A stretch of DNA of 64,000 bases from a virus. The stretch lies in IMG/VR virus record IMGVR_UViG_3300028734_000012, positions 32,001 through 96,000 of that record; one strand, given 5' to 3'. Positions 58,717 to 64,000 of this stretch are shown piece after piece (within the stretch, counting starts at the first letter, position 1; the number at the start of each line of letters is the position of its first letter). A program made the position numbers and the translations under genes. Under the pieces are notes generated by a model, which had not been told where the DNA came from, searched no databases, and saw only the letters and a program-made list of their open reading frames with translations.

Positions 58717-59763
58717 ATGGGAAGAACCGCAGTAAGAAGTAATCCAACTGCAACAGAAGCTGATAAGATTAAATGTGTAAAGTGTGGTACATCTAATCAA
58801 GCTAATTTTTATCAGTCTAAAGATAGATTTAGACAATATTTTGGGAAAATACCATACTGTAAAGAATGTACTAAAGAAATATATTCATATTATCTACAAA
58901 AATATAAGAATATGAACTTAGCAATATATTATATGTGTAGAAAGATTGACGTACCATACATAAACGTTTGTTATCAAGGTGCTGTTGTTAATATTAACAA
59001 TCCAGAATCTAAGATTAAAGGCGAAGATGCAATTGTACAATCATATATGAAAGGCTTAGGATTTTCAGAACAAAATGGTTGGGGGTACTCCTTTGATGAT
59101 TCAATGGGGGAAAATGAAATTGATGGATTGGCATCATTTGATGAAATTACTAAAATTAAGAGAAAAGCAAAGAACGAAGATATAGATACAGAAAAATATG
59201 ATATTATTGAATATGACACAGATGATTTACAACAAAAATGGGGAATGTTCGATAATGAAGATTTGGCTTATTTAGAAAATGAGTATCTTGATTGGCAAGA
59301 TAAACTTAACGGTATTAATGAAAAATCAATTGATATCATGGTGCAACAAGTTTGTTTACAATGTAATGAAATCAGAAAAGATAGAGAAATTGGTAACAGC
59401 GTAGAGAAGAAAGTAAAATCTTTATTAGAATTATTAAATACCAGTGGACTTGTTGAAAAACAAAATAGTGTTGGTTCAATTAAAGCTACAACTGGACAGA
59501 GAATAGAAGATTTAGAAAAAATTAGACCAGTTAAACAAGTTGACCCATCTTTTGAAGATGTGGATGATATTAACAAGTTATTGATTGGATTTATTGCTTC
59601 TACATGTAAGGCATTAGGTAAAACAAATGCTTATACAGAGAAATTTGATGAATTATATAAGGATTATACAATTGATTTAATCGAAGATATTCAAGATGTG
59701 AATGAAGAGGAATCGCCTATTTCGGATGTTCCAGAAGCTGTGGATGAAAAAGGTGAATCATAA
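58717..59763 (+). CDS. Zn-finger protein upstream of terminase, candidate small subunit
   Basis: CVKCG...PYCKEC; TAATG overlap with terL. Confidence 0.5.
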   Translation: MGRTAVRSNPTATEADKIKCVKCGTSNQANFYQSKDRFRQYFGKIPYCKECTKEIYSYYLQKYKNMNLAIYYMCRKIDVPYINVCYQGAVVNINNPESKIKGEDAIVQSYMKGLGFSEQNGWGYSFDDSMGENEIDGLASFDEITKIKRKAKNEDIDTEKYDIIEYDTDDLQQKWGMFDNEDLAYLENEYLDWQDKLNGINEKSIDIMVQQVCLQCNEIRKDREIGNSVEKKVKSLLELLNTSGLVEKQNSVGSIKATTGQRIEDLEKIRPVKQVDPSFEDVDDINKLLIGFIASTCKALGKTNAYTEKFDELYKDYTIDLIEDIQDVNEEESPISDVPEAVDEKGES

Positions 59764-61526
59764 TGCCAACGATTACAATAAAGAGATTAAAAAAGGAAAA
59801 TAAAACTCAACAACAAATTTATGCAGAGAACTTTGAAGAATGGGTAGGTTATTGGAGAAGTAATCCACATAGATTTATTACTGATTATTTAGGATTAGAA
59901 TTACATGATTTTCAAAAGGTATTGATATACCAAATGAATAAATATCCTAACTTTATTTTTATTGCAAGTCGTGGATTAGCTAAATCAACTATAACGCTTC
60001 TATTTGCAGTTCAACGTGCAATTCTTTATCCTAACCAAAAAATATTGGTTGTATGTCCTGTTAAAAGTCAGTCTACTAGATTTATAAAAAAGATACTAGA
60101 CTTTTCAAGAGATAGTAAAAATCTAAGTAATGAGATAGAAAAAGACGGTGTAAAAACTGGACAAAATGAAAGCAGTATTACTTTTAAGAACGGTTCTGTT
60201 ATTGCTACCGCACCTTATAGTGAAAACTCATTAGGTATTCGTTGCCATATATTAATTGTTGATGAATTTGTAAGAACAGAAAAAGAAGTTTTAACTAGAG
60301 TATTCGTACCAATGTTAACATCTCCTAGATGCCCACCATACAGAAGTTTAACTGCAAAAGAGAAAAATGCATTGCCATCAGAAGAACAAAGACAATTGTA
60401 TTTAAGTTCTATACGTGGAGCAGAAGAATGGTCTTATAAATATTTTGAACAATTTGTGCAATATATGTTAGATGGTAACATGGATTATTCTACTGTTGCT
60501 TTACCTTATCACTTTGGTGTAAAGAATAAGTTTATTACTCGTAAAATTGTAGAACAAAGTTTTAGAGAAAATCAAGAATCATTAGAAATACTAAAAGCTG
60601 AATATTTAGGTATTCCAGAACGAGGTAATGGTGATTCATACTTTAAATATACTGTAATGGATAAAGTAAGAACAAATACTAAAGCGCTATATGCTATGAG
60701 TAATGAAGAGTTCGTAGATTTCAAAGAAGATAAGACTAAATGGCAGTTCTATCAAGAAAAGTTACCAAATGAAATTCGTCTTTTATGTATGGATGTCGCG
60801 CTGATAGAATCAGCAAAAAACGATAATACCGCTTACTGGATTATAAGACTAATTCCAAGTGATGGTAAGTATAAGAAAATTGTAGCGTATGGTGAAAGCC
60901 TACATGGTATTAACTCACTTATTCAAGCTAGACGTTCTAAACAATTGTTCTATGAATTAGATTGTGACTATTTTGTTATCGATACACAGGGAAATGGTGT
61001 TGGTGTATTCGATGCTTGTACTACAGAAACTTATGATGAAGAACGTGGTGAAAATTATCCTGCATGGACAGTTGTTAACTATGACGATGTAAAAATGGTC
61101 AATAGAACTATTAGCCAAAATGCAGTACCATTGATTTATAGTGTTAAAACACCACCACAATTAAAACATGAAATGTTTATTAATATGAAAAATTTGTTTA
61201 CATCAGAAGAAGTTTCACTATTAGTGGAATCACAAGAAGCTGTAGAATATCTTAATAAATATTTTAAATATTATAAAATAGAAGATTCTAATTTAAGAAT
61301 TAGACTTTTAGATTCTTATGTTCAAACTAATATGTTAATTAATGAAGCAATAAATTTAGACCAAGTAGCAGGTGGTTATATCAATTTAAAAGAGAAATCT
61401 GGTAGACGTAAAGATAGAGTTATGTCTTTAGCTTACGGATTATACTATGCAAAACTTTTAGAAGATAACCATTTTAGCAATAATAATAGCGATTATGGTT
61501 TGCTAGACTACATACAATACGGATAA
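59763..61526 (+). CDS. terL: terminase large subunit
   Basis: ASRGLAKS Walker A, LIVDE Walker B, nuclease MDVA..DNT and KDR motifs. Confidence 0.9.
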   Translation: MPTITIKRLKKENKTQQQIYAENFEEWVGYWRSNPHRFITDYLGLELHDFQKVLIYQMNKYPNFIFIASRGLAKSTITLLFAVQRAILYPNQKILVVCPVKSQSTRFIKKILDFSRDSKNLSNEIEKDGVKTGQNESSITFKNGSVIATAPYSENSLGIRCHILIVDEFVRTEKEVLTRVFVPMLTSPRCPPYRSLTAKEKNALPSEEQRQLYLSSIRGAEEWSYKYFEQFVQYMLDGNMDYSTVALPYHFGVKNKFITRKIVEQSFRENQESLEILKAEYLGIPERGNGDSYFKYTVMDKVRTNTKALYAMSNEEFVDFKEDKTKWQFYQEKLPNEIRLLCMDVALIESAKNDNTAYWIIRLIPSDGKYKKIVAYGESLHGINSLIQARRSKQLFYELDCDYFVIDTQGNGVGVFDACTTETYDEERGENYPAWTVVNYDDVKMVNRTISQNAVPLIYSVKTPPQLKHEMFINMKNLFTSEEVSLLVESQEAVEYLNKYFKYYKIEDSNLRIRLLDSYVQTNMLINEAINLDQVAGGYINLKEKSGRRKDRVMSLAYGLYYAKLLEDNHFSNNNSDYGLLDYIQYG

Positions 61527-61547
61527 AAGTAAGAAAGGAGAGATAAT

Positions 61548-63152
61548 TTGGCTGACAACGATGGAAAACTAACAGAGGGCGAAGTAAACCAAGTTTTAAA
61601 CGCTTGGGATTTTCTTAGCTTTTCAAACGAATATAATAATCAATTCCGTAATACATATTTCACACCAGACACGGTGAATAGACAATTACAAAATATTAAT
61701 ATGAACCCCGTCGAAGGAACTATGGAAGGGATTGAAAGAGCATTAAGAGCGCCTAAAGATAGCGAAACTATATTAAGAAATTATAGTACAAATTTTGAAG
61801 TTCAAAATATGTTTTATAAAAGATTAATTAGATACTTTGCTGATATAGCTTGTTTTAATTTAACATTTGATTGTACAAACATAACCAAAGATGAAGAATT
61901 TAACTCTCCTGCTTTTAAGAAAGATTTAAAAATCTTAGATGATTTTTGTAGTCACTTTAACTTTAAAGAAGAGTTTCAAAAAGCAATGAAACAAATGCTA
62001 AGACAAGGAATCTATTATACTATACTTAGGGACGAGGGAAGTAAATATACACTTCAAGAACTTCCACCAGATTTTTGTAAGATTACTGGAAGACACGATT
62101 CTGGATTGTTATTTGACTTCAACTTCAACTGGTTTATTGGTAATTACGGTGTAGACATAAATATGTACCCTAAAGTTTTTAAAAGAATGTATAGGGAAAC
62201 ATTTAAGAATGTTTCTACAGAGTATGAACCATCTGGTAACGTTGATTCAAGGAATAGCACGTTTATTTATTGGCATCAATGTTCCCCAAAAGATAAGTTT
62301 TGGGCTTTTAAAATATCACCAGAAATAGCTACCTTAACCCCATATTTCGCCGCATTATTTCCAGAAATATCTATCCAACCAACCGTAAGGAAACTTCAAG
62401 AGGATAAATATTTTATTGAAGCTTCTAAGTTATTAGTTGGTATTATAGGAATGAATAAAGATAAAAAATCTGGTGCTGTTGCGAATCAAATTAATATCAC
62501 ACCAGATATTTTAGGTAAATTCTTAGGTGTAGCTAGACAAGGTTTAGCTAAACAAATTGGATTAACCGCATTACCTATGGATGATATTAAACCAGTAGAA
62601 TTTACTGTTTCTGAAAGAAATATGCTATCAGAGTATGTAGATAATATCTCTGCTCAAAGTGTTGCATCTTCTGAACCATTAATTAGTACTGATAGACTAA
62701 ATGTACACCAATCTAAATTAGCTAGTGCAATAGATAATGCTTTTATTAAATCTATATATCCACTATTTGAAGATTTTGTTGATTATTTTGTTAACGCAAA
62801 TACAAAGAAATACAAATTTAAAGTTAAATTTAGTGATATAGATATACCAGATGATGTTAAAGAAAGACAAGATAAATTTAAGAATTTAGCAACTATGGGT
62901 ATTGTTGATTTTCAACAAGTCTCAAGAATTTGTGATATGAATCCATTCGAACTTAATAGACATTTATCTTTATCTAAATCTATGGGATTTGATAAGAAGC
63001 TAATTCCTTTGATGAGTTTAAATAATCAAACTGCCGAATCACAGAAAGTTGACCCTACAAAAAAAACACAGGGTAGACAGTCTAAAGAAGATACTGACAA
63101 TGAAGATACTTTAAATAGTCAAGCGCGTGGAACTAGCGAGTTAAAAGAGTAA
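61548..63152 (+). CDS. portal protein
   Basis: 534 aa, directly after terL; Q.LP.DFCKI.G motif. Confidence 0.75.
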   Translation: MADNDGKLTEGEVNQVLNAWDFLSFSNEYNNQFRNTYFTPDTVNRQLQNINMNPVEGTMEGIERALRAPKDSETILRNYSTNFEVQNMFYKRLIRYFADIACFNLTFDCTNITKDEEFNSPAFKKDLKILDDFCSHFNFKEEFQKAMKQMLRQGIYYTILRDEGSKYTLQELPPDFCKITGRHDSGLLFDFNFNWFIGNYGVDINMYPKVFKRMYRETFKNVSTEYEPSGNVDSRNSTFIYWHQCSPKDKFWAFKISPEIATLTPYFAALFPEISIQPTVRKLQEDKYFIEASKLLVGIIGMNKDKKSGAVANQINITPDILGKFLGVARQGLAKQIGLTALPMDDIKPVEFTVSERNMLSEYVDNISAQSVASSEPLISTDRLNVHQSKLASAIDNAFIKSIYPLFEDFVDYFVNANTKKYKFKVKFSDIDIPDDVKERQDKFKNLATMGIVDFQQVSRICDMNPFELNRHLSLSKSMGFDKKLIPLMSLNNQTAESQKVDPTKKTQGRQSKEDTDNEDTLNSQARGTSELKE

Positions 63153-63158
63153 TGTACA

Positions 63159-63359
63159 TTGACAAAGGAACTGGGGTGTAATACCATGTTTATTCTTAAT
63201 CCTAAAATAGTAAATGAAGATAAACTATACCGTTGTAAAAAAGAAGAATCTACAATGTTATTAAAAAATGGTTTTTCATTATTTAGTATTGAAAAAGGAG
63301 ATTATATATATTATAAGACACAAGAATTAATACAATTTTTAAATTTAGGGGGTGAGTAA
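63159..63359 (+). CDS. small hypothetical protein
   Basis: GGGGT SD favours MFILNP start. Confidence 0.55.
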   Translation: MTKELGCNTMFILNPKIVNEDKLYRCKKEESTMLLKNGFSLFSIEKGDYIYYKTQELIQFLNLGGE

Positions 63360-63360
63360 A

Positions 63361-64000
63361 ATGAACAAGTATTCTATTAATTTTTCAGTTGATAAAATTG
63401 AATTATTAGGAGATGCAAAAAGTAGTAGATTTCAGAAAGCTAAAATATATGCTTTTGCTGATGGTAAAAATGCTCATACTTTAGATATTGAGAATGATGT
63501 GTTAAATAAGTGTGCTGATACAATTTATGACATTCCGATTCTATATAAATATAATAAATACATAGGTGATTTTGAAGGTCATGAATCAGATGAAGTCCCA
63601 TGTGGGTTTATTAAAGAAGAAGAATCTAATCCAGTTGTGTTTAGTAAAGTACCAGACGGCAGAACTTTTATTACAATAATGGGAACTATTTGGAAGAAAT
63701 ATAGTGCTGATGTACTAAGAGTATTCAATGAAGATGGTAATAAAAAGGCTGTAAGTGTAGAAATGAGTGTTACTGATTCAGAAGAAATTGAAGACAAATT
63801 AAGGGTTAAAGAGTTTGTATTAGAGGGTGTTACTCTCTTAGGAGATTATATAAATCCCGCGGTTAAAGGCGCTAATATCCAATTGGAGTTTTCAGAGGAT
63901 AAAAAAGCCTACCTTAATGAAGTAGGCACTTCTGATGATTTAATAAATAATAATGAAGGTGCAGGTGAGTTGAAATTGACTAAAGAAGAGTTAGAATTTG
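63361..64000 (+). CDS. prohead protease/scaffold-like protein (partial)
   Basis: Open to window end; DF.GH, G.IWK.Y, SVE and TLLG...PA motifs; follows the portal gene. Confidence 0.7.
   Translation, partial: MNKYSINFSVDKIELLGDAKSSRFQKAKIYAFADGKNAHTLDIENDVLNKCADTIYDIPILYKYNKYIGDFEGHESDEVPCGFIKEEESNPVVFSKVPDGRTFITIMGTIWKKYSADVLRVFNEDGNKKAVSVEMSVTDSEEIEDKLRVKEFVLEGVTLLGDYINPAVKGANIQLEFSEDKKAYLNEVGTSDDLINNNEGAGELKLTKEELEF

Noticed and set aside
1021-63797. Antisense and alternate-frame ORFs in the track (e.g. 1021, 14556, 16572, 21440, 44486, 52403, 54950, 56305, 59268, 63579 on the minus strand)
   Set aside because: They are shadows of better-supported genes or tRNAs and have no SD or recognisable motifs

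Overview
A 64 kb, AT-rich segment of a large Firmicutes (probably Clostridia-infecting) tailed phage or prophage with SPbeta-like organisation. 1-12 kb is an early region of small genes in repeating terminator-palindrome-sigmaA promoter units, with about 30 copies of an 18-bp palindrome and several unannotated micropeptides. A 1.4 kb non-coding divergence at 11.9-13.3 kb is followed by accessory genes (membrane paralogues, J-domain/kinase-like, vWA, PurA-like, nucleotidyltransferase, RepL-like). 37.9-44.8 kb holds a YonO-like single-subunit RNA polymerase, PIN-PhoH, ClpP-like and HU genes. 44.3-50.6 kb is a dense RNA locus: 17 tRNAs, two HDV-like ribozymes behind the only two CCA-less tRNAs, six copies of an unknown ACAGC stem RNA, about ten small pseudoknots, and four homing endonucleases, two with a shared kissing-loop leader. 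50.7-57.4 kb holds a tail-fibre-like gene coupled to a 30-Cys CXXX-repeat protein and a radical SAM/SPASM enzyme, then a BspA-like repeat protein. The window ends in the packaging/head module (metallophosphoesterase, terminase, portal, prohead protease). All calls come from reading motifs by eye; no database searches were run.
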